NCBI GenBank assembly: GCA_944390125.1
Contig: CALXOX010000003.1
Location: forward strand, 21,280 to 85,279
From: an uncultured Alphaproteobacteria bacterium
GTDB taxonomy: Bacteria; Pseudomonadota; Alphaproteobacteria; Rs-D84
Direction: 5' to 3'
DNA: 64,000 nucleotides
A program made the translations under genes and the position numbers. Under the pieces are notes generated by a model that did no database searches, was not told the origin of the DNA, and worked only from the letters and a program-made list of their open reading frames with translations. Of the stretch, positions 18,492 through 28,796 are shown one piece after another (within the stretch, counting starts at the first letter, position 1; each line of letters begins with the position of its first letter).

Positions 18492-19208
18492 ATGATGCGA
18501 CCATCAATGCGTAAAAACGACCAAATGCGTCCTGTTTCTATAGAAACCGGTGTGAATAAGTGGGCAGAGGGTTCTTGTCTAATAAAAATGGGTGGAACGC
18601 AAGTACTATGTACTGCATCTATTGATTTAAATCAGCCATTATGGAAGCGTATGCAGAATAAGACGGGTGGTTGGGTAACAGCAGAATATTCTATGCTGCC
18701 ACGTGCCAACGGTACCCGAAAAGGTCGAGAAGCAATGATTAAAGACCATCGTAGTGCAGAGATTTCCAGATTGATTGGCCGTGCTTTTCGCAGTATTGTT
18801 GATATGGAAAAATTGGGCCGTCATACAATAACAATTGACTGTGATGTTATTCAGGGCGATGGTGGTACAAGATGTGCGTCTATAACGGGTGGATACGTTG
18901 CGCTGGTTTTAGCTGTTCGCTGGTTGATGGAACGTGGGCGTATTCGTGAAAATCCAATACGGGATTATGTTGCCGCAATTTCGGCTGGGCTTTGGAACAA
19001 TGAATTGATTTTGGATTTGGATTATGACGAAGATTGTGTGGCGGAATTAGACTCTAACTTTGTTGTTTCAGGTTCTGGTAAATTTATAGAAATTCAGGCA
19101 ACGGGTGAACAACATCCATTTGATAAGGAGCAATTGAACACTTTAATGGACATGGCGTCTGCCGGGTGTAAAAAACTAATAGACCTGCAGAAGCAAGTTT
19201 TAGAGTAA
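18492..19208 (+). CDS. rph: Ribonuclease PH
   Basis: Aligns by eye along its full length with E. coli RNase PH (MRP..R.N.Q.RPV..., VLCTAS, TAEY.MLPR, DCDV.Q.DGGTR.ASITG). The true start is probably the second or third Met. Confidence 0.9.
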   Translation: MMRPSMRKNDQMRPVSIETGVNKWAEGSCLIKMGGTQVLCTASIDLNQPLWKRMQNKTGGWVTAEYSMLPRANGTRKGREAMIKDHRSAEISRLIGRAFRSIVDMEKLGRHTITIDCDVIQGDGGTRCASITGGYVALVLAVRWLMERGRIRENPIRDYVAAISAGLWNNELILDLDYDEDCVAELDSNFVVSGSGKFIEIQATGEQHPFDKEQLNTLMDMASAGCKKLIDLQKQVLE

Positions 19209-19277
19209 GAAAATGCCGCTATTTGGCGGTATTTTTATTATTGATAAATTGGTCAGATTTGACTAATTTTATAGTAT

Positions 19278-21332
19278 ATGAAGAAAGAATTATTTGATTT
19301 TTTGAATATGGACTTACAGTTCATCAAAGGTGTTGGACCGGTTTTAGCGGGGCGTTTTGAAGACGTGCTTGGTGGGCGGCGTGTTTTGGATTTTATGTTG
19401 CATACACCGTCATATATTCGCGCACGTGGGGTAACTGAAAATGTTTTGACAGCAGAGCCTGGGGACGTAATAACAATTCCGTTATTGGTAAAATCGCACA
19501 AACCTGGTGGAACATTTCGTGGACATAGGCGGCCGACCCAAATTATTTGTAATGATAAGATGGGGAATTCGGTCGTAATTCAGTTTTTCAATGTGAACTT
19601 TTTAGATTACTGGTTGAAAAAATTGCCAATCGGTCAGTGGCGTATGGTCAGTGGTAAGCTGGAGCGTGGTGCGCGTCCGACCATAAATCATCCTGATTTT
19701 ATTGAGGAAATGCAGAATGCGGATAAAATTCCGTCAATTCAGGCTATTTATCCTGCGGGAGAAGGCTTGACACAGAAAGTTTTTGCAAATGTCAGAGACC
19801 AAATTTTTAATATTTTACCGGATAAGATTTCTGGGGAAACAGAGCCCAATGTTTGCGAATTTTTCGATGCGTTACGGAATGTACATTACCCCACGTCTGC
19901 AGAAGAATTGTCTGCGAATTCAACATATATGGTAAAATTAGCGTATTGGGAATTGTTGGCTCATCAGTCTGCGATTGTAATCAGTCGCAGAAACCGTTCA
20001 GATGTTCGAAATCGCCGTACGGTGCGTCCAAAGAAATATGATTTGTTGGATAAATTTTATGCCGCTTTACCGTTTGCTATGACTGGTGCGCAGCAACGTA
20101 CAGTTGATGAAATTTATACAGATATGTCAAAAGACGTACCGATGATGCGCCTTGTTCAAGGTGATGTAGGTAGTGGTAAAACAATCGTTGCATTGGCTGC
20201 GGCAGTAAAAATGGCTGAAACTGGGGCCCAGACAGCATTGCTTGCACCGACTGATACTTTGGCACAACAACATTATGCAAAATTGAAACCTTTGTGTGAT
20301 AAGATAGGTTTAGTCTGTGATGTTTTAACGGGGCGAGACAAAGGTGCACCCAGAAGGGAAAAGTTGATATCTTTGCGTTCAGGACGAACGAAGATAGTTG
20401 TCGGGACTCACGCATTGTTTTCCGAGGATGTCGAGTATAAAGACTTGGGCTTAGTAATTGTGGATGAACAGCATCGATTTGGTGTTTCGCAACGCGAAGC
20501 ATTGCGCTCTAAGGGAAATAATCCAGATTTATTGGCTTTGTCTGCGACACCGATACCAAGAACCTTGTCTATGACAATATATGGAGACATGGACGTTTCT
20601 ATTATAAATGAAAAACCTGCAGGTAGATTACCGATAAAGACTACTAAATTACCGATTGGACGAATTGATGATTTGATTGCCCGTTTAAAATTACAGATAG
20701 ACGCGGGGGCAAAAGTATTTTGGGTATGTCCATTGGTTGAAGAATCAGAAACGTCTGATTTGACTGCGGTTCAATCAAGGTACGAAGACTTGAAAAAAAT
20801 ATTTCCTCATGCAGGACTTGTGCATGGTCAGATGGATAAAAAGCAACGCGATAAAGTAATGGCGGAGTTTGCAGATGACGCATCTAATATGAAGATATTG
20901 GTTGCGACGACAGTTATAGAAGTTGGCATAGATGTTCCAAAAGCAACAATAATAGTAATTGAAAATGCGGAACGTTTTGGTTTGGCCGCGTTGCACCAGT
21001 TGCGTGGTCGTGTTGGCCGTGGAAGTTTACAGTCTTATTGTATATTGGTATATGGGAACAATATCAGTGAAGAAGGCTTGAAGCGCTTAGAAGTTTTGAC
21101 ACAAACTGATGATGGATTTGTTATAGCCGAACAAGACCTGATTATGCGTGGTACAGGTGAATTGTTGGGTACGCGTCAAAGTGGTTGGATAAATTATCAT
21201 TTTGTCGACTATGCAAGACATCGGGATTTATTCAAATTGGCCGCATCAGCGGCGCGAGATATGGTGTCTGCAGATTCTTGGACAAAAGATTTAATGTTTA
21301 TATTTGACCGTGGGGTTGGCATCAGTGCGTAA
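19278..21332 (+). CDS. recG: ATP-dependent DNA helicase RecG
   Basis: Superfamily 2 helicase motifs (GDVGSGKT, DEQHRFGV, SATPIPRTL, HGQM...RGRVGRG) with a wedge-domain N-terminus. 684 aa. Confidence 0.9.
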   Translation: MKKELFDFLNMDLQFIKGVGPVLAGRFEDVLGGRRVLDFMLHTPSYIRARGVTENVLTAEPGDVITIPLLVKSHKPGGTFRGHRRPTQIICNDKMGNSVVIQFFNVNFLDYWLKKLPIGQWRMVSGKLERGARPTINHPDFIEEMQNADKIPSIQAIYPAGEGLTQKVFANVRDQIFNILPDKISGETEPNVCEFFDALRNVHYPTSAEELSANSTYMVKLAYWELLAHQSAIVISRRNRSDVRNRRTVRPKKYDLLDKFYAALPFAMTGAQQRTVDEIYTDMSKDVPMMRLVQGDVGSGKTIVALAAAVKMAETGAQTALLAPTDTLAQQHYAKLKPLCDKIGLVCDVLTGRDKGAPRREKLISLRSGRTKIVVGTHALFSEDVEYKDLGLVIVDEQHRFGVSQREALRSKGNNPDLLALSATPIPRTLSMTIYGDMDVSIINEKPAGRLPIKTTKLPIGRIDDLIARLKLQIDAGAKVFWVCPLVEESETSDLTAVQSRYEDLKKIFPHAGLVHGQMDKKQRDKVMAEFADDASNMKILVATTVIEVGIDVPKATIIVIENAERFGLAALHQLRGRVGRGSLQSYCILVYGNNISEEGLKRLEVLTQTDDGFVIAEQDLIMRGTGELLGTRQSGWINYHFVDYARHRDLFKLAASAARDMVSADSWTKDLMFIFDRGVGISA

Positions 21333-22620
21333 AATACTTGTATTTTTGTTTTGCATAATTTTTGCATTGCCTGTTCAGGCGGCGTCACTTATAAATGATA
21401 CAGAAACTGAACGCGTTATAACAGAATTGATAACCCCGTTGGCAAAGGCTGCAGATATACCTGATGGACGTTTGCGAGTTCATATTGTAAATGATAATGA
21501 CTTTAACGCATTTGTTATGGGGGGAGAAGATGTATATGTTTATACGGGGCTATTAAAACAGATAAAATCTCCTGATGCTTTGCAGGCAGTTGTGGCGCAT
21601 GAACTGGGGCATACACTTGGCGGACATATGGCGCAGATGGCAGATCGTATGAACGCAGAAATGACCAGAACAATGTTGATACAAGCTCTGGGTATAGGCC
21701 TGATGGCGCTTGGTGGCGACCCATCTATGGGGGCAGGGGTATTGGCTGGTTCAAGTGGAATTGCTCAACAGTCTATGTTGGCGTTCACTCGCGATGAAGA
21801 ACGCATTGCAGATGACATGGGATTAAAGTTGATGATAAAAGCAAAATTAAATCCCAATGGCTTTATAGAAGTTTTTGAACAAATGGAAAATATGACGGGT
21901 GCTTTTGAATCAAAAATCAACCCGAATAGAATAAATCACCCCCTGACGGCAGAACGTTTGAGTAATGTTCGTGCGCAAATTGGTAAAATGGATTCTGGGT
22001 ATAGGGCGACAAATTCTCCAACAGATGCACAGCGTGCGGAGTATGAGCTTGTTCGTGCCAAACTGATAGGTTATTTGGATAATTCCGACAAAGTTTCAAC
22101 ACTATATCCAAATTCTGATACGTCTGATGCTGCTTTGTACGCACGTGCAATCACCAGAATGCAAAATGGGAATTTGGACGGTGCACGTGTTGGCACGATG
22201 AGTCTTATATCGCGTAATCCAGATAATCCGTATTTTTATGAATTGCTTGGGGATATAGAATATCAATTGGGGCATTATGACGACAGTGTAGATGCGTATG
22301 AAGAAAGTTTAAAATTGGTAAAAGATAAGTCGCCCCAGATAGAAACTGCGCTGGCCCTTGTTTTGACGGAACGTAATAAACCCAATGATAAGGAACGTGC
22401 AATAGAATTATGTAAGCGTTCTTTATTGACGCAACCCGCGCCATTGACATATTGGGTTTTGGCACGTGCGTATGACGATGGTCGCGCTGATTGGGCGCGA
22501 GCAGAATATTATCATATGATTGGTAAAGAAGATAAAGCGCGCGATTATGCCAAGCGTGCACAGAAATCTTTAAAGCAAGGTTCTCCGGAATACATCAAAG
22601 CAGGAGATTTATTAAAATAA
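21304..22620 (+). CDS. M48-family metalloprotease with C-terminal TPR repeats (BepA-like)
   Basis: HELGHTLGGH zinc motif, signal-peptide-like N-terminus and TPR-like C-terminal helices. Start may be the GTG at 21325 rather than the ATG at 21304 (the ATG overlaps recG by 29 nt). Confidence 0.7.
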   Translation: MTVGLASVRKILVFLFCIIFALPVQAASLINDTETERVITELITPLAKAADIPDGRLRVHIVNDNDFNAFVMGGEDVYVYTGLLKQIKSPDALQAVVAHELGHTLGGHMAQMADRMNAEMTRTMLIQALGIGLMALGGDPSMGAGVLAGSSGIAQQSMLAFTRDEERIADDMGLKLMIKAKLNPNGFIEVFEQMENMTGAFESKINPNRINHPLTAERLSNVRAQIGKMDSGYRATNSPTDAQRAEYELVRAKLIGYLDNSDKVSTLYPNSDTSDAALYARAITRMQNGNLDGARVGTMSLISRNPDNPYFYELLGDIEYQLGHYDDSVDAYEESLKLVKDKSPQIETALALVLTERNKPNDKERAIELCKRSLLTQPAPLTYWVLARAYDDGRADWARAEYYHMIGKEDKARDYAKRAQKSLKQGSPEYIKAGDLLK

Positions 22621-22635
22621 TATAATGTAGGATAA

Positions 22636-22666
22636 TGAAAAACCGCCCGTTTGGGCGGTGTTTTTA
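22636..22666. terminator. Bidirectional intrinsic terminator (bepA-like / ackA)
   Basis: ACCGCCC-GTTT-GGGCGGT hairpin with flanking A and T runs. Confidence 0.7.
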
Positions 22667-23905
22667 TTTTGCGAAAGAATAATCCATTTCCAAATGGTTT
22701 GGATTATATGTGCCGTTCATAATTGCCAATGTATCTTCAACGATAACCAGTTCTTCGTTTGTAGCAATCATAAAGATTTTTACACGGCTATCTGGTGTAG
22801 AAATTTCTGCTTCATCAACACCTTTACGAGCCAATGCTGCGGCATTCTTTTCTTTGTCCAGTTTAATGCCCAATTCTTCCAAACCGGTGCAGAATTTTTC
22901 ACGCAGATAATCGTCGTTTTCACCAACGCCGGCCGTAAAGACCAAAGCATCAACATGGCCTAATTCAGCCATATATGCACCAATGTATTTTTTTACATTG
23001 TGCGCTTCCATATCAATTGCCAAACGACACTTATCGTTTGTGTCTTTATTAGATTCTACGTCGCGGCGGTCAACGAAACATTCTGTCAATCCCATTAAAC
23101 CAGAATCTTTGTTTAAGTGCTTTTGCATTTGATCTGGTGTCAGATGCAGACGTTCCATAACGTATAAGATTACACCTGGGTCAACGTCACCTGGACGTGT
23201 TCCCATTGTTAAACCAGCAAGTGGTGTCATTCCCAAAGATGTATCAACAGAAACACCGTTTTTAATTGCTGTGGCAGATGCGCCGGAACCAATGTGTAAA
23301 GTAATTAAATTACATTCTGAGGCTGGTTTTCCCAACATTTTTGCAGCGCGCTTTGAAACATATAAATGCGATGTTCCGTGGAATCCGTATCTGCGTACGC
23401 CCAGTTCGGTATACCAAGCACTTGGAACCGCGTAACGATATGCATAGTCAGGCATGGTCTGGTGGAAAGCAGTATCAAATACAGCGACTTGACGGGCATT
23501 TGGTAATAACTGTTTTGCAGTTACAATACCCAACAAAGCAGACGGATTGTGTAATGGTGCAATAGGAGATAACTCTTCAATAGTCTTCATAACTTCATCT
23601 GTAATTTCCACAGACGATGCAAACTTATCCCCCCCCATAACAACACGATGACCAACACCCTTTATTTCATTCATGTCGATTGAAGCTTCGCGCAGCATGA
23701 ACAAAACCACATTCAGCGCTTCGTTATGATTTTTCATTTCTGTGTCTTTGCGCTGTTTGGTTCCATCTGGGTATTTTTGTGTAATGAAGGAATCCGGTAG
23801 ACCAATTTTTTCCACATTGCCGCCAACAATGGCTTTTTTAGAATCTGCATCAAAAACTTGGTATTTAAGTGATGAAGAACCACAATTCAAAGCAAGTATA
23901 TACAT
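22664..23905 (-). CDS. ackA: Acetate kinase
   Basis: Start trimmed to MYILALNCGSSSLKYQVFD (AckA N-terminal signature); ASKHP-fold similarity throughout. Confidence 0.85.
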   Translation of the reverse strand: MYILALNCGSSSLKYQVFDADSKKAIVGGNVEKIGLPDSFITQKYPDGTKQRKDTEMKNHNEALNVVLFMLREASIDMNEIKGVGHRVVMGGDKFASSVEITDEVMKTIEELSPIAPLHNPSALLGIVTAKQLLPNARQVAVFDTAFHQTMPDYAYRYAVPSAWYTELGVRRYGFHGTSHLYVSKRAAKMLGKPASECNLITLHIGSGASATAIKNGVSVDTSLGMTPLAGLTMGTRPGDVDPGVILYVMERLHLTPDQMQKHLNKDSGLMGLTECFVDRRDVESNKDTNDKCRLAIDMEAHNVKKYIGAYMAELGHVDALVFTAGVGENDDYLREKFCTGLEELGIKLDKEKNAAALARKGVDEAEISTPDSRVKIFMIATNEELVIVEDTLAIMNGTYNPNHLEMDYSFAK

Positions 23906-23985
23906 GTTATCCCCTTTGTTTTCTGGGCTCAGCATAGCACAGTAAAAAAGCTGTTTCAACAGTAAAAGTCGTGGTAGTTTTTGGG

Positions 23986-24675
23986 CTATTTTTTTTCTGA
24001 AGAGATTTGATTTTTTGCGTCTATTTTTGCCGCACCAAGCAGTTGCTGAAAATGCATCGCAGCAAAGGCGTCAGAATCAAGCCATTCTATGATTTTTCCA
24101 ATTATATTTTCTATATATTTTGCTGCAACGCGACGATTGTGCCGAAATTTGTATTCGTTTATCAACAAAGATAATTCCCGCATTAAACCGGTCAATAATT
24201 GTACTTGGCTATTTGTAAAGGCATCAGTTTGTGTGCTGTGATAAACTAAAGAATCTAACTCGTTATAATATATTCTTAAGTCTCTGATTTGTGATGGCGT
24301 AATTTTAAAATTCTTTATCATTTGCGAAATTGATATGTCGCCCATTTTATTAAGAGATATGAACGTAAGATTTTTTCTTATTCCTAATATTTGCCTAATT
24401 ATTATAATCAGGTTTAATAGAATCACGTTTAATTTGTCGGTCATATGGTCGGCCATGGTTTTATTTAGACGTCGTGATACTAAATAATTGGAGTAATCGT
24501 ATAGAATAAAAACCAGCGGTATAGCCAACAAAGACGCAGCAATGTTGGTTACCAAACCTGCTAAATCTTCGTCATGAATGTTGTTTTCAGTAAGTTTGAA
24601 CAACACAACGCCGCCAATAATAGAAAGCAGGTATGGAACCATTTTTAAGAAAAAATTTCGTACGTTTATCGTCAT
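23986..24675 (-). CDS. Hypothetical membrane protein
   Basis: Start at the internal ATG (MTINVRNFFLKMVPYLLSIIGGVVLF...). Two N-terminal TM segments, then a helical domain. No family recognised. Confidence 0.4.
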   Translation of the reverse strand: MTINVRNFFLKMVPYLLSIIGGVVLFKLTENNIHDEDLAGLVTNIAASLLAIPLVFILYDYSNYLVSRRLNKTMADHMTDKLNVILLNLIIIIRQILGIRKNLTFISLNKMGDISISQMIKNFKITPSQIRDLRIYYNELDSLVYHSTQTDAFTNSQVQLLTGLMRELSLLINEYKFRHNRRVAAKYIENIIGKIIEWLDSDAFAAMHFQQLLGAAKIDAKNQISSEKK

Positions 24676-24728
24676 ACTCTCTATGATATAAAAACAAATA
24701 TGACGAATATATAGGAAAGATTGTGCTT

Positions 24729-25856
24729 TTAGTCTACTGGCAATGTAGTTTTTACTTTGCCGGCACCAGGGGTTGGTGCAATTGCGCACTTGTCACGAAT
24801 GAAAAGTAAAGCCCATGCACCTACACCAATCAATATCATGCCAAGCCCTAAAATACTATAGCGCCAACTGCCAAGCATTCCGCCAATTCCAATAATTAAA
24901 CATGTGCCGATATAAATGATATTATCGCCGATGCTGTACAAAGATAGAATTACAGAACGGTAGGTAGTTGGTACGAAATCTTGGAATCTGGAATAAAGCA
25001 GAACATTTACACCGCTGAACAGTACATATGCCAACCCAAGTGCCCATAATCCTGCCAACGAATAGAAGAACGAAAATAGAACGAAAGCTACACCGCCGGC
25101 ACAAATTACAGAATATAAAATCCAGTCTTTAACGCGTGTAAAGCGGTATGCAAATGTTTGACCCAAAACAGCACAGCCCAATATAAAGAATTGGATAAAA
25201 CCAACAAATTGTACTGGCAGTCCCACTTCTATACCAATAGGGCTCAGGTAGTCGTCCAAATAAGCTATATTTGCTACAAGCAAACTAAGCATAAACATCA
25301 AAAGTATACAAGGAGTTTTTGCGCATATGCGTACGCCGGTTTTCATCAGTTTGATAAAGTTTGTTTTGCGAACTTTGCGTTTAACATTCTGACTTGAACG
25401 CATATTTATGCTTGCAATACACATTGCAGCAATGGCCAATGATACTAATGATGCAAAGGTAATCCAGCCATATCCGGCGAACATCAGCAAAGACCCAAAT
25501 GCTGATAAAGCTGTACCGATTGCTTGTAAATTATACCGAATTCCCAGTACTTTTGCGTAAATCTTTTGGTGACGTCTTGCGCGTAGCTCGTCATATAGCA
25601 TGCTTTCAAATGCAACGTTATAAAATGCCACCTCTGTTCCCCATAAAAACATACCAATTGCAAAACCCTAGAAGGTGGGATTTAGGAACCATAGCATAAA
25701 AGCACAAGCTTTCAGGAATAAACCAAGTAAAATTGCACGCTTGGTTCCAAGTTTATTTGTAATCCAAGTAACAGGTATCTGTGTTACAAACGTTCCGACG
25801 GACAGAATTATGAACATCAGAGATAATTGAATGTCTGTCAGTCCATTTTCCTGCAT
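24729..25856 (-). pseudogene. MFS transporter pseudogene (in-frame amber stop plus N-terminal truncation)
   Basis: ORFs 24729..25652 and 25668..25856 are in the same frame, separated only by TAG at 25668-25670 (...WFLNPTF*GFAIGMFLWG...). MFS motif A (WITNKLGTKRAILLG) is present, but TM1 is missing: the frame upstream of 25893 is closed. Confidence 0.55.
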
Positions 25857-26014
25857 AAAAACAGCATAAACTGGTGTCAGTAATAATAACTTGTTAAAAA
25901 ACGCATAGCCATAAACGCTTCTTAAAAAACGCCTTAAAGTAGATTGCTTATTCAGAAAACCTTCCTATTGGGTAGGATTATACCCCATTTTATTGTTGTT
26001 TTGTACTGAAAAGA

Positions 26015-26042
26015 TTGAAATTTTGTCAAAAAATGCTATAAT
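26015..26042 (+). promoter_or_regulatory. Near-consensus sigma-70 promoter for the 812-aa gene
   Basis: TTGAAA (26015-26020), 16-nt spacer, TATAAT (26037-26042), about 28 nt upstream of the ATG at 26070. Confidence 0.55.
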
Positions 26043-26069
26043 TTACGGGGTAAGCAAGGGGACGCTGAG

Positions 26070-28508
26070 ATGGCAGTGAAAATGGATGAATTTTTATTAC
26101 AGTATTATATGCAGTATCGGTTTAACCATATGCCGCCAGAGGTTCGTGCGCAATTTGATGCTTACGTAAAGTCTGATGATTTCCGCGGGAATATGAAAAC
26201 GTGGAAAACGAAATTGATGCACCAGGATGCTAACGGTAAGTGGATTGAAAATGCTATGCCCGACCCAGCAAATTCTGCAGATGCGTTTTATATGGAAGAC
26301 GGCGATTGGAAGAAGTTATTTATCGCGTTTCAAAATGCTTTTCGTAATATGTCAGCGGACCGAGAAAAGCTTGTAAAAGACGGAAAAACTGACGCCGTAA
26401 ATTTCCTTGATACATATTTTGGGACTTTGCCAAGCCAACTATTTTCTAATAGTGTGGCGAACGCTGTCGCAGATAATCTTATCAGTAATGAATTTAAGAA
26501 CTTTTTAAATACCTATAAGACAAGATTAGAGGTCCAATTTCAAAATTGGGGGATTTTAGATAAAGATTTTACCTACAGTCAGTTGTTGTCAGGCATAATC
26601 TCGAAAAAATATAATTCTTCGCCAAGCTTTCAGAAGAAAATAAAGAAGATTGCGCAATATATTGATGCGTACAGTACATCAGAAGAATTTCGTAATGTTT
26701 TAAGGTTAAATCCAGGCGATACAATACCAGACTTTAGCCCGATTATAAATGGTTTTGATGACGAGCATGTTGATCCAGCAAAAATGGATCTGTTTAAGGG
26801 TAATGCCAATACTCGCGGTGATTATGTAGATTTGCTGAATACTCTTGTGAAGAACAAAAAAGTATATGAAGTATTCAAGCAATATGATGACAATAAAATT
26901 TCTGGTAAGTTAGAAGCTGCAAATTCTAAGTTAGAATATGATAATACAGATAGTAAGGATTATGTCCCGCCAAAGCGCACCGAGGAATTGACTTTTTATC
27001 AAAAGTTAAAGGGGGATGTAAATGATACTATCGAGGACTATCTTGATAAGTATCTGAAAATATCGGGTGACAGACTTTATTTCTCAGAATCTGCAAAACT
27101 TATAATCAAGGCTATAGGGAAGAGTTATAAACCAACGGAAGGCTTGGATAAGATATTAGAGAAAAAGTCTGATATAAAGAAGAGCCTTATGTATAAATCT
27201 CCAAGGGCAACGGACCATTTTGATTGGTTTACGAAGACCATGGAGGAGCTAAAAGCATCAATGCCAAAGACTTTTGCTGGGGCATTAAAAAATGGGCGTC
27301 AGTTAAAAGCAGTTGTTGAAGAACTGATTATGAAAGCCGTTCGTGAAAACAAGATAGAAGAAGCCAAAACAGCGATGGAAGTTTTGTCTGTCGTGAAATA
27401 TGGTTATACGAACAGCAAGATTATGGAGGCTTTTAATAAATCTGACCTGACGATATTTTCTGACAAAGGCTTGTCTTGGAATAAGAACGAGGGAGTCAAA
27501 TTTGTTACAACTGCGTTTGATTATACAATCAAAAAGGGACTGCAAGCGGTTGGATATACTTTGACGGGTCTTGGTAATGTTATAAGGCTGTCTGGCAGTA
27601 AATTTAATGGTCAGGCGAACAGAATAAGGAATCTTCATAATCAATGGGTTGCAAGTAATGCAGCGGAACGTAATACCGCGGAACAACGTAGAAATACAGA
27701 AAATCCACTTGATCAATCAATAATAAACGCGCAGCAGGCTATATTGACCAATTTGAATAATGCGGGGATAAATGCGGCAAGTTTGGCTCAAAAGAAGAAC
27801 GATTTACGAAGTGCTAAAGCTGCAGCGCAAACCGCACATGAAGCATACACGCAAGCTTCGGACACTTATGATGAAAAGAATTATATTGTCCAGATGGTAA
27901 ACGAGGTCAATACTATTGCGCAAGAAATGCAGACGTTAAATTCTGATATATCGGCATTACAAAATAGGTTTAGAGATCCTAATACTTATGCGGGGCTAAA
28001 TCCTGCAGCGGCATCTGCATTGGCTAATGATATAATGCGACAAGGACGTCAAAAGTCTGCTGAGGTGCAAGAAAAGTTTAATAGGTATCAAGAATTAAAT
28101 AACGTGCTGCAGCAAATTCCTCAGGCAGATATAAATGATGCAGTTGCAAATATTGGCAATTATCAGCAAGCGATGAATAGGGCAGAACAAGACAGTCTTG
28201 TAAAGCAACAGACCGCAGATACGTTAGAAACGCAAATAAACGAATTTGAAAACGCAACGGAGCTGGTTCAAGAGGCGACAGCACGTATTACACGGCGTAA
28301 CGAAGAAATGAGGACTTGGGACAATAAACACAAGGATAATTATAAAGAACTTGTTGCGTTCTGGGATATGTTGGAAACAGGGCGTAATTTGCATCTGGGT
28401 AAGTTTTATTCTTGGTCACTGGGAAGCGCGAAGGCAAAACAAAATGCGTTTAATGCCGTGAAAGTGGCTCAATTTAACCAGTATGCAACTAACTACAGTT
28501 TAACATAA
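26070..28508 (+). CDS. Large hypothetical coiled-coil protein (812 aa), candidate secreted effector
   Basis: No signal peptide. Long alpha-helical and coiled-coil stretches; N/Q/A-rich segments in the C-terminal third (QQAILTNLNNAGINAASLAQKKNDLRSAKAAAQTAHEAYTQ...); the extreme C-terminus is not low-complexity. Strong promoter and terminator. Confidence 0.6.
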   Translation: MAVKMDEFLLQYYMQYRFNHMPPEVRAQFDAYVKSDDFRGNMKTWKTKLMHQDANGKWIENAMPDPANSADAFYMEDGDWKKLFIAFQNAFRNMSADREKLVKDGKTDAVNFLDTYFGTLPSQLFSNSVANAVADNLISNEFKNFLNTYKTRLEVQFQNWGILDKDFTYSQLLSGIISKKYNSSPSFQKKIKKIAQYIDAYSTSEEFRNVLRLNPGDTIPDFSPIINGFDDEHVDPAKMDLFKGNANTRGDYVDLLNTLVKNKKVYEVFKQYDDNKISGKLEAANSKLEYDNTDSKDYVPPKRTEELTFYQKLKGDVNDTIEDYLDKYLKISGDRLYFSESAKLIIKAIGKSYKPTEGLDKILEKKSDIKKSLMYKSPRATDHFDWFTKTMEELKASMPKTFAGALKNGRQLKAVVEELIMKAVRENKIEEAKTAMEVLSVVKYGYTNSKIMEAFNKSDLTIFSDKGLSWNKNEGVKFVTTAFDYTIKKGLQAVGYTLTGLGNVIRLSGSKFNGQANRIRNLHNQWVASNAAERNTAEQRRNTENPLDQSIINAQQAILTNLNNAGINAASLAQKKNDLRSAKAAAQTAHEAYTQASDTYDEKNYIVQMVNEVNTIAQEMQTLNSDISALQNRFRDPNTYAGLNPAAASALANDIMRQGRQKSAEVQEKFNRYQELNNVLQQIPQADINDAVANIGNYQQAMNRAEQDSLVKQQTADTLETQINEFENATELVQEATARITRRNEEMRTWDNKHKDNYKELVAFWDMLETGRNLHLGKFYSWSLGSAKAKQNAFNAVKVAQFNQYATNYSLT

Positions 28509-28518
28509 GTTGAAATTA

Positions 28519-28550
28519 TAAAAAAAACGCGGGTAACCGCGTTTTTTATT
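28519..28550. terminator. Bidirectional intrinsic terminator
   Basis: CGCGG-GTAA-CCGCG hairpin flanked by an A-run and a T-run, between the 812-aa gene and tRNA-Lys. Confidence 0.65.
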
Positions 28551-28551
28551 C

Positions 28552-28627
28552 TGGTGGGGACACAGGGACTCGAACCCTGGACCCAATGATTAAAAGTCAT
28601 TTGCTCTACCAACTGAGCTATGTCCCC
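28552..28627 (-). tRNA. tRNA-Lys (anticodon TTT)
   Basis: Reverse complement folds as GGGGACA-TA-GCTC AGTTGGTA GAGC-A-AATGA CTTTTAA TCATT-GGGTC-CAGGG TTCGAGT CCCTG-TGTCCCC-A-CCA. Confidence 0.85.
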
Positions 28628-28796
28628 AAAACTGAACTGGAATAAAGAACTTTTCTGTTCTTTTTCCAAAGTTCGGGCTCAATTTTGACACATAAAAAAC
28701 AAAAAATCAAGAAAAATATATGATTTTTTTACTTTTTTATTATAATTCGGTTATATTACTATTTCTAACATATACTACGCAGCCAAAGGCTTTTTT

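Noticed and set aside
20077-20502. 141-aa minus ORF within recG and 22205..22561 minus ORF within the M48 protease gene
   Set aside because: These are antisense shadow ORFs within conserved genes, with His/Gln/Leu-rich low-complexity translations.
27303-27716. 137-aa antisense ORF inside the 812-aa gene
   Set aside because: It is a shadow ORF inside a long coherent coding frame that has its own promoter and terminator.
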